Source: an uncultured Solirubrobacteraceae bacterium (GTDB lineage Bacteria > Actinomycetota > Thermoleophilia > Solirubrobacterales > Solirubrobacteraceae). From it: DNA of 64,000 nt. Shown here one piece after another: positions 7,046-17,515 of this stretch. The translations under genes were made by a program, and so were the position numbers. The notes beneath the pieces were generated by a model, which had not been told where the DNA came from, did no database searches, and saw nothing but the letters and a program-made list of their open reading frames with translations. The stretch spans positions 88,554 to 152,553 of the forward strand of contig CAWHAP010000014.1 in NCBI GenBank assembly GCA_963827335.1. The letters are read 5' to 3'. Every line of letters starts with the position of its first letter. Within the stretch, counting starts at the first letter, position 1.

Positions 7046-9265
7046 ATGCGCCGCCGGGTCACGTTCTCGCGCAACGTCACGCTCTCCCTGTCGCGGACCT
7101 GCGTCTCGCACTGCAAGTACTGCGCGTTCGCGACGCACCAGCCGCACCTGCACGAGCCCGACGAGGTCGAGCGCCTCATCGACGGCGCCGCGCGGCGCAA
7201 CGTCAAGGAGCTGCTGATCCTGACCGGCGACGAGCCCGACCACCACCCGGGCGTCCGCGAGCGGCTGGCCGCGCTCGGCTTCGACGATTTCGTCGGCTAC
7301 GTGGTCTGGGCGTGCGAGCGCGCGCTGGAGCGCGGCGTGCTCCCGCACACGAACCTGGGCGCGCTCGGCCGCGACGACCTCGCCCGGCTGCGCGAGGTGA
7401 CCGCCAGCCAGGGCTTGATGCTCGAGTCGCTGCGGCCCGATCTCGTCGCCCACCAGGGCTCGCCGACCAAGGCCCCGGACCTGCGGCTGGCGACGCTGCG
7501 CGCCGCCGAGGAGCTGCGGATCCCGTGGACGAGCGGCATCCTCGTCGGCATCGGCGAGACCGAGGCCGACCGGATGGCCGCGCTCGAGGCGCTCGCCGGC
7601 TTCGGCCACCTGCAGGAGGTGATCCTCCAGAACTTCGTGCCGCACCGCCGCTACTACGGCGAGGAGCCGGCCGAGATCGCCACCGAGGCCGCCGAGGCGT
7701 ACTGGCGCACCGGGCTCCACGACGGCCCCGAGCGCAGCGGTGACGAGCGCTCAGCGCGAGGCAGGACTCCGGCGCCGGCCTGGGCCTCACCCGTCACGGT
7801 CGACGACATGGAGCGGCTCGTGCAGGAGGCGCGCCGGCTCATGCCGGGCGTGGGGATCCAGATCCCGCCGAACCTCGCCGACTGGTGGCCGCGGCTCGTC
7901 GCCGCGGGCGCCACGGACCTCGGCGGCCTGAGCGCGAACGGCGACCACATCTCCCCCGAGCACCCGTTCCCGTCGCCCAACCAGGTGCGCAAGCGGCTCG
8001 CCCGCGACGGCTACGCGCTGACCGAGCGCCTCTGCGTCTACCCGCAGTTCATCGATCCCGAGTGGATCGCGCAGGGCGTGCTCGACGTGATCAAGGCGCG
8101 CTTCTGGAGCTTCATCCCGCGGCGCGGATCCGGCCGCATCGACGGTCCCAAGGGCGCGCTGCGGCCCGACACGATCGCCCGGGCACGCGCCGGCGCGCCG
8201 CTCGGCGGCGACGAGGTGACGGCGCTGTTCGCCGAGACCCGCGCCGAGGTCATCGAGGACATGCGCCAGGCCGCCGACGAGCTGCGCGCCGAGCTGGCCG
8301 GGGACACGGTCACGTTCGTGGTCAACCGCAACATCAACGTGTCGAACGTGTGCATCGTCGGCTGCGCGTTCTGCGGCTTCGGCCAGGGCCGGCGCTCGCC
8401 CGACGCCTACCAGCACGACGAGGCGGAGCTCCGGTCGCGCGTCCGCGACGCGGTGGCCTACGGCGCGACCGAGATCTGCATGCAGTCGGGCATCCACCCC
8501 GAGTGGGCGTTCGAGGACTACGAGCACTGGCTGCGGATCGTCAAGGACGAGGCCCCCGACATCCACCTGCACGCGTACTCGCCGATGGAGATCGACGCCA
8601 TGGCGGGCGACCTCCCGCTGGACGAGGTGTTCGCGCGGCTGACCGCCGCCGGGCTCGGCTCGGTGCCCGGCACGGCCGCGGAGGTGCTCGACGACGGCGT
8701 GCGCCAGCGGATCAGCCCGAACAAGCTGCCGGCCGCCCGCTGGGTGCAGATCATCGAGGCCGCGCACGCGGCCGGTCTGCGCTCCACGGTCACCGTGATG
8801 TTCGGGCACATCGAGGAGCCGCACGAGCTGGCCGAGCACATGCGGGTCGTGCGGGCGCTGCAGGAGCGCACGGGCGGGTTCACCGAGTTCGTCCCGCTCT
8901 CGTTCATCCCGTTCCACACGCTGCTCGGGCGCACGCACGGGATCGAGGAGATCTCGCGCGAGGAGAACCTCAAGCACACCGCCGCGTTCCGGCTCGCGCT
9001 CGGCAAGACGATCCCGAGCCTGCAGGCGAGCTGGGTGAAGATGGGCCTCGACGCCGCCACCGAGGCATTGCGCTGGGGCGTGAACGACCTCGGCGGGACG
9101 CTGATGGAGGAGAGCATCTCGCGCCTCGCGGGGTCCTATCACGGCGTGAAGCTCGACCCGGAGGACCTCGTCGCCGCCGCCCATCGCGCCGGCCGTCCGG
9201 CGGCCGAGCGGACCACCCTCTACGGCGAGCGGCGCCGCTACCCGCTGGTCGCGAACGCGGCGTGA
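7046..9265 (+). CDS. fbiC: bifunctional FO synthase (CofG+CofH fusion), F420 chromophore biosynthesis
   Basis: 739 aa with two radical-SAM CxxxCxxC motifs (CVSHCKYC near the N-terminus, CIVGCAFC in the second half). Length and architecture match FbiC. Confidence 0.9.
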   Translation: MRRRVTFSRNVTLSLSRTCVSHCKYCAFATHQPHLHEPDEVERLIDGAARRNVKELLILTGDEPDHHPGVRERLAALGFDDFVGYVVWACERALERGVLPHTNLGALGRDDLARLREVTASQGLMLESLRPDLVAHQGSPTKAPDLRLATLRAAEELRIPWTSGILVGIGETEADRMAALEALAGFGHLQEVILQNFVPHRRYYGEEPAEIATEAAEAYWRTGLHDGPERSGDERSARGRTPAPAWASPVTVDDMERLVQEARRLMPGVGIQIPPNLADWWPRLVAAGATDLGGLSANGDHISPEHPFPSPNQVRKRLARDGYALTERLCVYPQFIDPEWIAQGVLDVIKARFWSFIPRRGSGRIDGPKGALRPDTIARARAGAPLGGDEVTALFAETRAEVIEDMRQAADELRAELAGDTVTFVVNRNINVSNVCIVGCAFCGFGQGRRSPDAYQHDEAELRSRVRDAVAYGATEICMQSGIHPEWAFEDYEHWLRIVKDEAPDIHLHAYSPMEIDAMAGDLPLDEVFARLTAAGLGSVPGTAAEVLDDGVRQRISPNKLPAARWVQIIEAAHAAGLRSTVTVMFGHIEEPHELAEHMRVVRALQERTGGFTEFVPLSFIPFHTLLGRTHGIEEISREENLKHTAAFRLALGKTIPSLQASWVKMGLDAATEALRWGVNDLGGTLMEESISRLAGSYHGVKLDPEDLVAAAHRAGRPAAERTTLYGERRRYPLVANAA

Positions 9266-10584
9266 GGAGCGCGCTCGGCGCGGGCCGCGCGCTCGCCGCG
9301 GGTGAGCTCGACCCGGTGGCGCTGTGCGAGGCCGCGCTGGCGGCGGCGCGCGCCGCCCCGGCGGTGTTCACGCAGCTGACGGAGGAGCGGGCGCGGGGCG
9401 AGGCGGAGGCGAGCGCCGCCCGGCTGCGTGCCGGCACGCCGCGCGGCCCGCTCGACGGCGTCCCGGTGGCCTGGAAGGACCTCGTCGACGTCGCCGGCAC
9501 GCCGACCACCGCGGCGTCCGCGCTGCGCCGCGACGCCCCGCCCGCCGCGGCCGACGCGCCCGTCGTGGCCGCGCTGGCCGCGGCCGGGATGGTCTGCGTC
9601 GGCAAGACCAACCTGAGCGAGCTGGCCTTCTCCGGGATCGGCACGAACCCGCACTTCGGGACGCCGCCCAACCCGCGCGCGCCGGGTCGCGTGCCGGGCG
9701 GCTCGTCGTCGGGCTCGGCCGTCGCCGTCGCCGTCGGCATCGTGCCCGTGGCGATCGGGACCGACACGGCGGGCTCGATCCGCGTGCCCGCGGCGTTCTG
9801 CCGCGTGGCGGGGTTCAAGCCGTCTGCGGCGCGGATCGACCGGACCGGGCTGCTGCCCCTGGCGCCGACGCTCGACAGCATCGGCCCGCTGGCCGCGTGC
9901 GTGGCCGACCTGATCGCGGTGGACGCCGCGCTGCGCGGCGCGGTCGGCGGCGCGCGCACGGGCGGCGCGTCCGGCGACGGGGGCCCGCTGCGGCTCGTCG
10001 TCCCCGCGGGCGTGCTGACCGAGGACGTCGAGCCGTCGGTCGCGGACCGCTTCGCGGCGGACCTGGACGCGCTCGCCGGCGCCGGCGCGCAGATCGCCCG
10101 CCGGCCGCTCGCCGCGCTCGACCGTGCCCTCGCCCTGCTCGCCGAGCACGGCGGCATGGTCGCGCACGAGGCGTGGCGCGGCCACGTCGCGCTGCTCGAC
10201 TCGCCGGACGCCGAGCGCCTCGACCCGCCCGTGCTGCGGCGCCTCCGGGAGGGCCGCGCGCTGCCCGCCGCGGGCTACGACGCGCTGGTGCGGGAACGCC
10301 CCGGCGTGCAGGCGGCGCTCGCCGACGAGCTGGCCGGCGCGTTCGTCGCCCTGCCGGCCGCCCCGCACGATCCGCCGGAGATCGCGCCGCTGCTCGCCGA
10401 CGTGGAGCGGTTCCTCGCCGTCAACGCGCGCACGCTGCGGGCGACGCTGCCGCTCAGCTTCCTCGACGCGCCGGGCGTCACGCTCCCGTCCGGGCTCCTG
10501 CTCAGCGGCCCGAGCGGCGCCGACGACCGCGTGCTGGCGGCGGCGCTCGCCGCCGAGCGGGTCCTAGGGCAGCAGGAGGTGTGA
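9262..10584 (+). CDS. amidase-signature family amidase
   Basis: GTG 9262 overlaps the fbiC stop (GTGA). GGSSSGSAVAVAVG and GTDTAGSIRVPAAF are amidase signature motifs. The upstream part of ORF 7885..10584 is a shadow frame of fbiC. Confidence 0.8.
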   Translation: MRSALGAGRALAAGELDPVALCEAALAAARAAPAVFTQLTEERARGEAEASAARLRAGTPRGPLDGVPVAWKDLVDVAGTPTTAASALRRDAPPAAADAPVVAALAAAGMVCVGKTNLSELAFSGIGTNPHFGTPPNPRAPGRVPGGSSSGSAVAVAVGIVPVAIGTDTAGSIRVPAAFCRVAGFKPSAARIDRTGLLPLAPTLDSIGPLAACVADLIAVDAALRGAVGGARTGGASGDGGPLRLVVPAGVLTEDVEPSVADRFAADLDALAGAGAQIARRPLAALDRALALLAEHGGMVAHEAWRGHVALLDSPDAERLDPPVLRRLREGRALPAAGYDALVRERPGVQAALADELAGAFVALPAAPHDPPEIAPLLADVERFLAVNARTLRATLPLSFLDAPGVTLPSGLLLSGPSGADDRVLAAALAAERVLGQQEV

Positions 10585-11640
10585 GTCGCCGAACTCGTGC
10601 CAGCGGTAGCCGCGCGCCACGGCCGCCGCGTAGGAGCGCTCGACGAGCCGGCGGCCGGCGACCGCCTCGAGCAGCAGCAGGTGGCTGGCGTCCGGCTCGT
10701 GCCAGCCGGTGATCAGGCCGTCGACCACCCGCACGCCGCGCCCGGGCGTGATGACGAGCCCGGTCCAGCCCGCCGCGGGGGCGATCGTGCCGTCCTCGCC
10801 CGCCGCGCTCTCGAGCGCGCGGGTCACCGTCGTGCCGACCGCGACCACCCGCCCGCCGGCCGCGCGCGTGGCGCGGACGGCCGCCGCCGTGGCCGCCGGC
10901 ACCTCGTAGCGCTCCGGGTAGGGCCGCTCGCCGCGCTCCTGCGAGCTGACGCCGGTGTGGAGCAGGATCGGCGCGACGGCGACTCCGCGGGCGCGCAGGT
11001 CGCGCAGGGTCCGCGCCGTGAACGGCCGCCCGGCGCTCGGCATCTCCGCGCTGCCGGGCGTGCGGGCGAACACGGTCTGGTGGTCGGCGAGCGGGCGCGG
11101 GCGCGGCTGGTGCGCGTAGCGGATCGGCCGCCCGTGGGCGGCCAGGTGGTCGAGCAGCGGCGCGGGCAGGTCGAGCGCGGCCACCCACAGCCGGTCCGCC
11201 GACAGGTACGGCGCGACCAGCTCGGCCGTGCCGCCGCCCGCGAGCGCGAGCCGCTCGCCGCAGCGGGCGCCGCGGAGCCGCTCGCCGCCGCGCCGCAGCT
11301 CCACCACCCAGCGCGGCCGCACCGCCGCGAGGGCGGCGACCGCCTCGCGGACGGCGCCGCGGTCGCGTCCCGGCGGCTCCGGCGTCGACAGGTGCAGCGC
11401 GACGGTCGTGCCGTCCGCGCGCCGCGCGGTCAGGGCGGCGGGGATCGTGGCCGACTCGTTGACCACCAGCAGATCGCCGCGGCGCAGGTGGCCGGGGAGG
11501 TCGCGGAAGCGCGCGTGGACGAGCGGCGCGCCGTCCCGCGCGACCATCAGCCGCACGGCGTCGCGGGCGAGGCCGTGCGCCTCGGGCGGCTCGGCCGCCT
11601 CGAGCGCGGCCGGCAGCGTGAACGCGAGCGCCCCGCTCAC
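10564..11640 (-). CDS. queA: S-adenosylmethionine:tRNA ribosyltransferase-isomerase (QueA)-like protein
   Basis: GTG 11640 overlaps the upstream stop (GTGA). FTLPAALEAAEPPE...RDAVRLMV...FRDLPGHLRRGDLLVVNESATIPAAL and the C-terminal GYRWHEFGDSHLLL match the QueA pattern. Confidence 0.7.
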   Translation of the reverse strand: MSGALAFTLPAALEAAEPPEAHGLARDAVRLMVARDGAPLVHARFRDLPGHLRRGDLLVVNESATIPAALTARRADGTTVALHLSTPEPPGRDRGAVREAVAALAAVRPRWVVELRRGGERLRGARCGERLALAGGGTAELVAPYLSADRLWVAALDLPAPLLDHLAAHGRPIRYAHQPRPRPLADHQTVFARTPGSAEMPSAGRPFTARTLRDLRARGVAVAPILLHTGVSSQERGERPYPERYEVPAATAAAVRATRAAGGRVVAVGTTVTRALESAAGEDGTIAPAAGWTGLVITPGRGVRVVDGLITGWHEPDASHLLLLEAVAGRRLVERSYAAAVARGYRWHEFGDSHLLLP

Positions 11641-12332
11641 GCAGGCGCCTTCGCGAGCGCGCGGGCCGCGTAGCGCCCGCTCGGGAGATCGCCCTCGATC
11701 AGGGCGAGCAGGCCGGGCACGCTCGCCGACGGATCCGGGCGGTCGGAGATGTCCTCGCCCGGGAACGCCTCCTGGTGCATGCGCGTGTTCATGTCGCCGG
11801 GGTCGACGGCGTAGACGCGCAGCCCGGGGTGCTCCGCGGCGAGCACCGCGCCGAGGTGGTCGAGCGCGGCCTTCGACGAGCCGTAGCCGCCCCAGCCCTC
11901 GTAGGCCTCGACGGCGGCGTCGGAGCTGAGGTTGAGCACCCGCGCGCGCTCGGCGAGCCGGGGCAGGGCGAGTTGCGTGAGCGCGAGGGGAGCGAGCACG
12001 TTCACGCGGTACACCTGCTCCAGCGCGTCGAGGGGGTAGCGCGCGAGCGGGGGGAGCGGGGACTCCCCGAGCGTGGAGGCGTTGTTGACGAGGAGGTCGA
12101 GCGGGCCGTCGACCGCGGCGAGCAGCGCGTGGCGGTGCCACGGGTCGGTCACGTCGCCGGCGAGCGCGACGACCTCGGCGCGATCGCGCAGCGCGGCGGC
12201 CGCCTGCTCGAGGGCGACGCCGTCGCGGGCATCGACGACGAGGCGCCAGCCGCGGTCGGCGAGGGCGTCGGCGAGGGCGAGGCCGAGGCCCCGCGAGGCA
12301 CCGGTGACGATGGCGGTGGGCATGCCGGCCAC
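11637..12332 (-). CDS. SDR family oxidoreductase
   Basis: TGASRGLG cofactor motif, NNAS and YGSSK catalytic motifs. 231 aa (start may be ATG 12323). Confidence 0.8.
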   Translation of the reverse strand: MAGMPTAIVTGASRGLGLALADALADRGWRLVVDARDGVALEQAAAALRDRAEVVALAGDVTDPWHRHALLAAVDGPLDLLVNNASTLGESPLPPLARYPLDALEQVYRVNVLAPLALTQLALPRLAERARVLNLSSDAAVEAYEGWGGYGSSKAALDHLGAVLAAEHPGLRVYAVDPGDMNTRMHQEAFPGEDISDRPDPSASVPGLLALIEGDLPSGRYAARALAKAPA

Positions 12333-12386
12333 GCTAGGCCCGGCGCCGCCCGCTTTCGATCGGGAATTGGTCCTAGGACCCGTGTT

Positions 12387-12635
12387 GGTCTCCGCCGGCG
12401 AACGTCAACGGCGGCATTGAGGAGGCGGGTCCGATGGGTGCGGTCCCCCCCAACGTCGCCCGCCGTCCGGATCGCCGAGCCGATGCGACGTCGGGGGTGC
12501 TATAGGACCCAAACGTCGCACAGCGCCCGGTTCGTCGAGCCGTTGTGACGTTGGGGGCAGGCCCACCCGGACTCGCCCCCCTCGATGCCCGCCGTTGACG
12601 TTCGCCACGCGCCCGCCATCACGCCGGCGGACGAC
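12387..12635. repeat. nested-palindrome intergenic repeat, copy 3
   Basis: GGTCTCCGCCGGCGAACGTCAACGGCGGCATTGAGGAGGCGGG ... CCCGGACTCGCCCCCCTCGATGCCCGCCGTTGACGTTCG, then the tail CGCGCCCGCCATCACGCCGGCGGACGAC. Centre GGTGCTATAGGAC. A perfect palindrome GGTCCTAGGACC lies just upstream (12369-12380). Confidence 0.85.
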
Positions 12636-12676
12636 CAGCGCGCATCCCCACCCGCGAACCGGGAACATGCACCGCC

Positions 12677-13027
12677 ATGGCCACCTACACGGTCAACGAC
12701 CGCGCCGTCGCCCGCGCCCGCGAGCTGATCGACGCGCGCCAGTACGTCCTCGAGAGCGACTGGGGCACCTCGCAGCCGAAGGCGGGCGACGAGAACGCCT
12801 ACCTGGAGAAGCACGACTGGGACGAGTACGCCGCCTGGCACCTCGGGCTCACCGAGGGGGCGACGGACGGCACCAAGGCCCGCTACGCGTTCGTCTACGG
12901 CGACTTCCGCCGCATCCACCGCGTGGGGTTGATCGCCTGCGTGTACCGCGCCTCGGAGTGGCGGCACAAGGCGATCGAGCTGGCCGCGCACGACCTGCTG
13001 CAGCACCTGGACGCCACGAGCGGCTAG
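12677..13027 (+). CDS. hypothetical protein
   Basis: 116 aa with balanced composition (MATYTVNDRAVARARELIDARQYVLESDWGTSQPKAGDENAYLEKHDWDEY...). I do not recognise a family. Confidence 0.6.
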   Translation: MATYTVNDRAVARARELIDARQYVLESDWGTSQPKAGDENAYLEKHDWDEYAAWHLGLTEGATDGTKARYAFVYGDFRRIHRVGLIACVYRASEWRHKAIELAAHDLLQHLDATSG

Positions 13028-13028
13028 C

Positions 13029-13616
13029 TCACGCCGTGTGGCTCGTGTCGTTCCAGAGCCACAGCACGCGCCGCTCGCGTTCGTAGCCGAGGTCGCACAG
13101 GGCAGCCGTGTCGAGGCCGAGCGAGGCGGCGGCCTCCGGCGGCAGCCCCAGCCAGCGCGCGCCGACGATGCGCAGGATGTGGCCGTGGCCGAAGAGCGCG
13201 ACGTCGCCGCCGGCCGCGTCCGCACGGGCGATCACGCGATCCACGCGCGCGCCGGCGTCGGCGAGGGACTCGCCGCCGGGGGCGCCGTCCGCCCACAGGT
13301 CCCAGCCCGGCCGCTCCTCGCGGATCTCCGCCGTCGTGAGCCCCTCGTAGTCGCCGTAGCCGAACTCGACGAGATCCTCGGTCACCTCCGCGACGCCGCC
13401 GAGGCCCGCGAGGTCCGCCGTCGCCCGCGCCCGCTCGAGCGGGCTGGTGAGCACGAGCGCGAACGACCGGCCGGCAAGACGCCGTGCGAGCGCCTCGGCG
13501 GCCGCCCGGCCCTCGTCGAGCAGCGGGAGGTCGGTGCGGCTCGTGTGCTGGCCGGACCGGCTCCACTCGGTCTCCCCGTGACGAACCAGCAGTACGGCAT
13601 GTCCGGTGCGCGCCAT
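13029..13616 (-). CDS. histidine phosphatase family protein (phosphoglycerate mutase-like)
   Basis: RHGETEWS catalytic motif ([24 protein letters not shown]) and a later GHGH motif. Start is ATG 13616. Confidence 0.8.
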   Translation of the reverse strand: MARTGHAVLLVRHGETEWSRSGQHTSRTDLPLLDEGRAAAEALARRLAGRSFALVLTSPLERARATADLAGLGGVAEVTEDLVEFGYGDYEGLTTAEIREERPGWDLWADGAPGGESLADAGARVDRVIARADAAGGDVALFGHGHILRIVGARWLGLPPEAAASLGLDTAALCDLGYERERRVLWLWNDTSHTA

Positions 13617-13708
13617 CTGCGCACTATCCACGAAGTCGGGGGATGACGCGGCTTGCCCCGCCCCATATGCTGCGCGCGGGGTCGGGTCCGAAGCGAAGGG
13701 GAGCACAC

Positions 13709-16700
13709 ATGGCCACGGTCGGGTCGGAGAGAACGGGCGGCATGCGCGGGAAGCGCGCCGCGGGGCTGCTCGTCACGGCGGTCGCCGCCGCAGCGGGCCT
13801 GGTGCCGCTGCTCGGCTCCGAGGCGGGCGGGCACGGCGGGAGCGGCCATCACGGCGGCCGCGACGCGGGCAAGCTGCTCTTCTTCGCGTCCGACGGCCTG
13901 CGCCAGGAGGCGGTCGCCAGGTACGCCGCCGAGGGCGCCGTGCCCGGCTTCCGCGCGCTCCTGCGCCACGGCGCCAAGGCGTCCGGCAACGGGCTCCTGA
14001 CCCAGGCGCCGCCGAACACGGGCGCGGGCTGGTTCACGCTGGCCACGGGCGCGTGGCCGGGCGTCGCCGGCTCGACCAACAACACGTTCCACGTGAACGG
14101 CCAGCCGTTCGGCAACAGCACGTCGGCGCTCGGCTCGCCCAACGTGCTCCAGGCCGAGACGCTCGCCCAGTCGGCCGAGCGCGGCGGCAAGAAGGTCGCG
14201 CAGATCGAGTGGGCCGGCGGCCGTGCCGGCACGATCGCGGGGCCGACGCTCGACTTCCGCAACTTCCGCTCGGGCCGCGGCGTGGCCACGAACTACATCG
14301 CGCCGACCGACGACCCCGGGTTCACCGCCGCGTTCGGCCTGCAGTTCGACCATCCGCAGGGCTTCGCCGGCCGGGATCCGTACCCGCAGGCCGCGCCGGC
14401 GGACGCCACGGGCTGGACGAACGTGCCCGAGTCCTTCAGCCCGCCCAAGGAGATGCGGCTGCGGGTGCTCGACGGCACCGTCGACAAGTACGGCCTGAAC
14501 GCCTACCTCTACGACAGCCGCGACGACGGCCGCACGCGCTACGACCGCGTGCTCTTCTCGCCGACGAAGGACGGCGACGCCGCCGTCGGCGACCTGCGCG
14601 AGGGCGAGTGGGCCGACGTGAAGGTCAAGATCCAGGGCAGCGACCTCGACGGCAAGACGGGCGCGATGCTCGTCAAGGTCGAGCGGCTGGCCGGCGACCT
14701 CTCCGAGGTGCGCCTCTTCCACACGTCGGTGACCCGCGCGATCGCGATCTGGCCGACGTGGCCGGGCGAGCCGGGCTTCACCGGCACGTTCGAGGACTAC
14801 GTGGCCGAGCGCTTCCCGTCCTCGCAGGCCGGCGACTTCGCCGTGCTCGAGGCCGGCATCGTCAGCGAGGACACCTACATCGAGCAGGGCGCGTACTGGG
14901 AGACCGCCTACCGCCCGCTGATCAAGTACGTGCTCGACACCTACAAGCCTGACCTGGCGATGGTCGGCTACCCCGTGACCGACGAGGTGCAGCACCAGTT
15001 CCTCGGGCTCGTCACCAAGCGGCTGCCGAACGGCGCGCGCAACCCGGCGTACGACGACGTCCAGGTCAACGGCACGCCGGACGGCCGGGTCGCCGAGCGC
15101 AAGGCGTACATCCGCGACGCCTACAAGGGCAGCGACCGGACCATGCGCCTCGCGCAGCGGCGCATGCGCGACCGCGGCCTCACGACGTTCGTGTCGTCCG
15201 ACCACGGCTTCGCGCCGCAGTTCGCGGCGATCGACGCGAGCAAGGTGCTCGTGGACCTCGGCCTGCTGTCGACGCCGCAGACGTCGAACTGCCGCCCGGC
15301 CGCGACCGAGACCATCGCCAAGGCGAAGGCCTGCTATGCGGGCGGAACGGTCCAGATCTACCTCAACCTCGCCGGGCGCGACCCGGCGCCGGCCGCCGGC
15401 GGCCCGCCGCAGGTGCCGGCCAACCAGGAGGCAGCGGAGGTCGCCCGGATCAAGGCGGCGTTCCTCGCGCTGGAGGACCCGAACGACTGGACCGGCGACG
15501 GGCAGCCCGAGGGCTGGAAGGTCATCGACCGGGCCTACACCAAGGCCGAGGCGCGCTACATCCCGAACGGCGCGGACAGTACGGCCGACATGTCGCATCC
15601 GACCCGGACCGGCGACGTCGTGGTCTTCTCCGCGCCGCCCTACCAGTTCGACGCGGCGACGCCTGGCACGCTGATCGCGCGCTCGGCGTTCTTCGGCCAG
15701 CACGGCTACGTGCCGGACGTGCAGGACCTCGACACGAACACGAACATGCGGGCCACGTTCCTCGCCGGAGGTGCGGCGATCCGCGGCGGCACGAAGCGCG
15801 GGGTGCGCAGCATCGACCTCGCGCCGACGGCCGCGTTCCTGCTCGACGTCCCGGCACCGCAGCACAGCCAGGGCGTCGTGCGGCGCGACGTCGTCGGCGC
15901 CGGCCGGCGCTACACGCCGGTCTCGATCGTCGGGCTGAACGACTTCCACGGCCAGCTCGATCCGTCGACGTTCACCATCGACGGGAAGGCGATCCCGGTC
16001 GGCGGCGCGGGCCAGCTCGCGACGCTGTTCGACGAGGAGGCGGACGCGCTGCCCGGCCGGACGCTGCTGCTGGCGGCCGGTGACAACGTCGGCGCCTCGC
16101 CGCCGACCTCGGCGCTGCTCGACGACATGCCCACCATCGACGTCGAGAACGCGTGGGGGCTCGACGCGACGAGCTTCGGCAACCACGAGTTCGACTTCGG
16201 GGTGGAGCGGATCCTGGCGCAGCAGGGCCGCAGCGACTTCCCGTGGCTCTCGGCGAACATCGTCGCGGAGGACACGGGCGAGGCGCCGGACTGGATCCAG
16301 CCATCGGCCGTGTTCCGCGTCAACGGCGTGCGCGTGGGCGTGATCGGCGCCACCGTGCGCACGACGCCGGAGCTGGTCCGGACCGGCAACACCGCGGGCC
16401 TCGCCTTCCTCGACGAGGCCGAGCGGATCGAGCGCGAGTCGCGCGCGCTGCGCCGGCGCGGCGTGCGCGTGCAGGTCGTGGTCATCCACGAGGGCGCAAC
16501 GGTCGGCGCCAACGCGGTCGACGGCCAGCCCGCCGTGCCGTGGGACGGGCCGATCAAGGCCATCACCGAAGCGCTCGGGGATACGACCATCGACCTCGTC
16601 ATCGCGGGCCACACGCACCGCGCGGCGAACACCGTGATCGCCGGTATCCCGGTGGTCGAGGGCTTCAACGCGGGCGTCAGCTACTCCGTCGCGCAGTTGC

Positions 16701-17476
16701 TGGTGCGGCGCGGCGACGTGGCCTGGGCCGGCGCGGCGACCCGGGTGGCCAAGAACCAGGGCGTCGCCTCGCGCGCCGACGTCAAGGCGATCGTCGATGC
16801 GGCGGACGCCGAGACGGCACCGCAGCGCAACGAGGTCATCGGCACGCAGGTCGGTGACATCCTGCGCGACCCGACGCGGTTGAGCGAGTCGGCGATGGGC
16901 AACCTCGTCGCCGACGTGATCCGCCTGAAGTACCCGGACGCCGAGGCGGCCCTGACCAACTCCGGCGGCCTCCGGGCCGATCTCCGGTTCGCGCCGCCGG
17001 CGCCGCCGACGCAGGGCGGCGGGCCCGGCGAGATCACGTGGGGCGAGGCGTTCAACGTGCTCCCGTTCGCCAACCTCACGGCGCTCACCACGATCACGGG
17101 CGCGCAGCTCACCGCGGCGCTGCTCAACGGGTTCGCCCCGGCGTGCGACCCGGCGTTCCCCGGCGGCACGGGCCGCTTCCCGCAGGTCTCGGGCCTGAAG
17201 ATCACGTACCACTGCAACGGCACGACGCCGGTGGTGGACTCGGTCGGCCGCGCGCCCGACGGGCCGGGCGGCACGATCACCCCGATCGGCCCGGCGGACA
17301 CGATCCGCATCGTCACCAACGACTTCATGCTCGGCGGTGGCGACGGCTACACGGCGCTCGCAGGGGGCACCGACGAGGTCCAGCCGGACGTGATGCTCGA
17401 CGTGCTCGTGGAGTACATCCGCGCCAACTCGCCGGTCTCCGCGGCGGTCGAGGGGCGGATCGTCAGGGGGAGCTGA
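13709..17476 (+). CDS. secreted fusion protein: nucleotide pyrophosphatase/phosphodiesterase (alkaline-phosphatase superfamily) + 5'-nucleotidase/metallophosphoesterase
   Basis: ATG 13709 follows GAAGGGGAG. There is a hydrophobic signal-like segment ([17 protein letters not shown]). The N-terminal half has [21 protein letters not shown] and SSDHGF (NPP-type). The C-terminal half has NDFHG, AAGDNVG, GNHEFD, AGHTH, and the 5'-nucleotidase C-terminal motifs NSGGLRADL and [12 protein letters not shown]. Confidence 0.8.
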   Translation: MATVGSERTGGMRGKRAAGLLVTAVAAAAGLVPLLGSEAGGHGGSGHHGGRDAGKLLFFASDGLRQEAVARYAAEGAVPGFRALLRHGAKASGNGLLTQAPPNTGAGWFTLATGAWPGVAGSTNNTFHVNGQPFGNSTSALGSPNVLQAETLAQSAERGGKKVAQIEWAGGRAGTIAGPTLDFRNFRSGRGVATNYIAPTDDPGFTAAFGLQFDHPQGFAGRDPYPQAAPADATGWTNVPESFSPPKEMRLRVLDGTVDKYGLNAYLYDSRDDGRTRYDRVLFSPTKDGDAAVGDLREGEWADVKVKIQGSDLDGKTGAMLVKVERLAGDLSEVRLFHTSVTRAIAIWPTWPGEPGFTGTFEDYVAERFPSSQAGDFAVLEAGIVSEDTYIEQGAYWETAYRPLIKYVLDTYKPDLAMVGYPVTDEVQHQFLGLVTKRLPNGARNPAYDDVQVNGTPDGRVAERKAYIRDAYKGSDRTMRLAQRRMRDRGLTTFVSSDHGFAPQFAAIDASKVLVDLGLLSTPQTSNCRPAATETIAKAKACYAGGTVQIYLNLAGRDPAPAAGGPPQVPANQEAAEVARIKAAFLALEDPNDWTGDGQPEGWKVIDRAYTKAEARYIPNGADSTADMSHPTRTGDVVVFSAPPYQFDAATPGTLIARSAFFGQHGYVPDVQDLDTNTNMRATFLAGGAAIRGGTKRGVRSIDLAPTAAFLLDVPAPQHSQGVVRRDVVGAGRRYTPVSIVGLNDFHGQLDPSTFTIDGKAIPVGGAGQLATLFDEEADALPGRTLLLAAGDNVGASPPTSALLDDMPTIDVENAWGLDATSFGNHEFDFGVERILAQQGRSDFPWLSANIVAEDTGEAPDWIQPSAVFRVNGVRVGVIGATVRTTPELVRTGNTAGLAFLDEAERIERESRALRRRGVRVQVVVIHEGATVGANAVDGQPAVPWDGPIKAITEALGDTTIDLVIAGHTHRAANTVIAGIPVVEGFNAGVSYSVAQLLVRRGDVAWAGAATRVAKNQGVASRADVKAIVDAADAETAPQRNEVIGTQVGDILRDPTRLSESAMGNLVADVIRLKYPDAEAALTNSGGLRADLRFAPPAPPTQGGGPGEITWGEAFNVLPFANLTALTTITGAQLTAALLNGFAPACDPAFPGGTGRFPQVSGLKITYHCNGTTPVVDSVGRAPDGPGGTITPIGPADTIRIVTNDFMLGGGDGYTALAGGTDEVQPDVMLDVLVEYIRANSPVSAAVEGRIVRGS

Positions 17477-17483
17477 CGCGGAC

Positions 17484-17515
17484 GGGCTCGCCGGCGCTCA
17501 GGCGTCGGCGAGCCC
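17484..17515. terminator. GC-rich hairpin between convergent genes
   Basis: GGGCTCGCCG - 12 nt - CGGCGAGCCC, a perfect 10-bp stem. The right arm lies inside the last codons of the response-regulator gene. No U-tract. Confidence 0.35.

Noticed and set aside
7046-9265. A link between the F420 biosynthesis genes in the window and the lanthionine-type operon (F420H2-dependent reduction of dehydro-residues to D-amino acids, as in some class V lanthipeptides)
   Set aside because: No F420-dependent reductase (LLM or FDOR family) is encoded in or next to the 47-52 kb operon. The F420 genes are 12-40 kb away in unrelated housekeeping contexts.
13382-17212. 1276-aa ORF on the minus strand, with similar giants at 37433..41089 (-), 20983..23997 (-), 7787..9184 (-), 24885..27191 (-) and 38110..42276 (+)
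   Set aside because: The translations are dominated by Arg/Ala/Gly/Pro/Asp with no recognisable motifs. They lie exactly antisense or out of frame to genes with strong family signatures. These are typical shadow ORFs of a high-GC genome.
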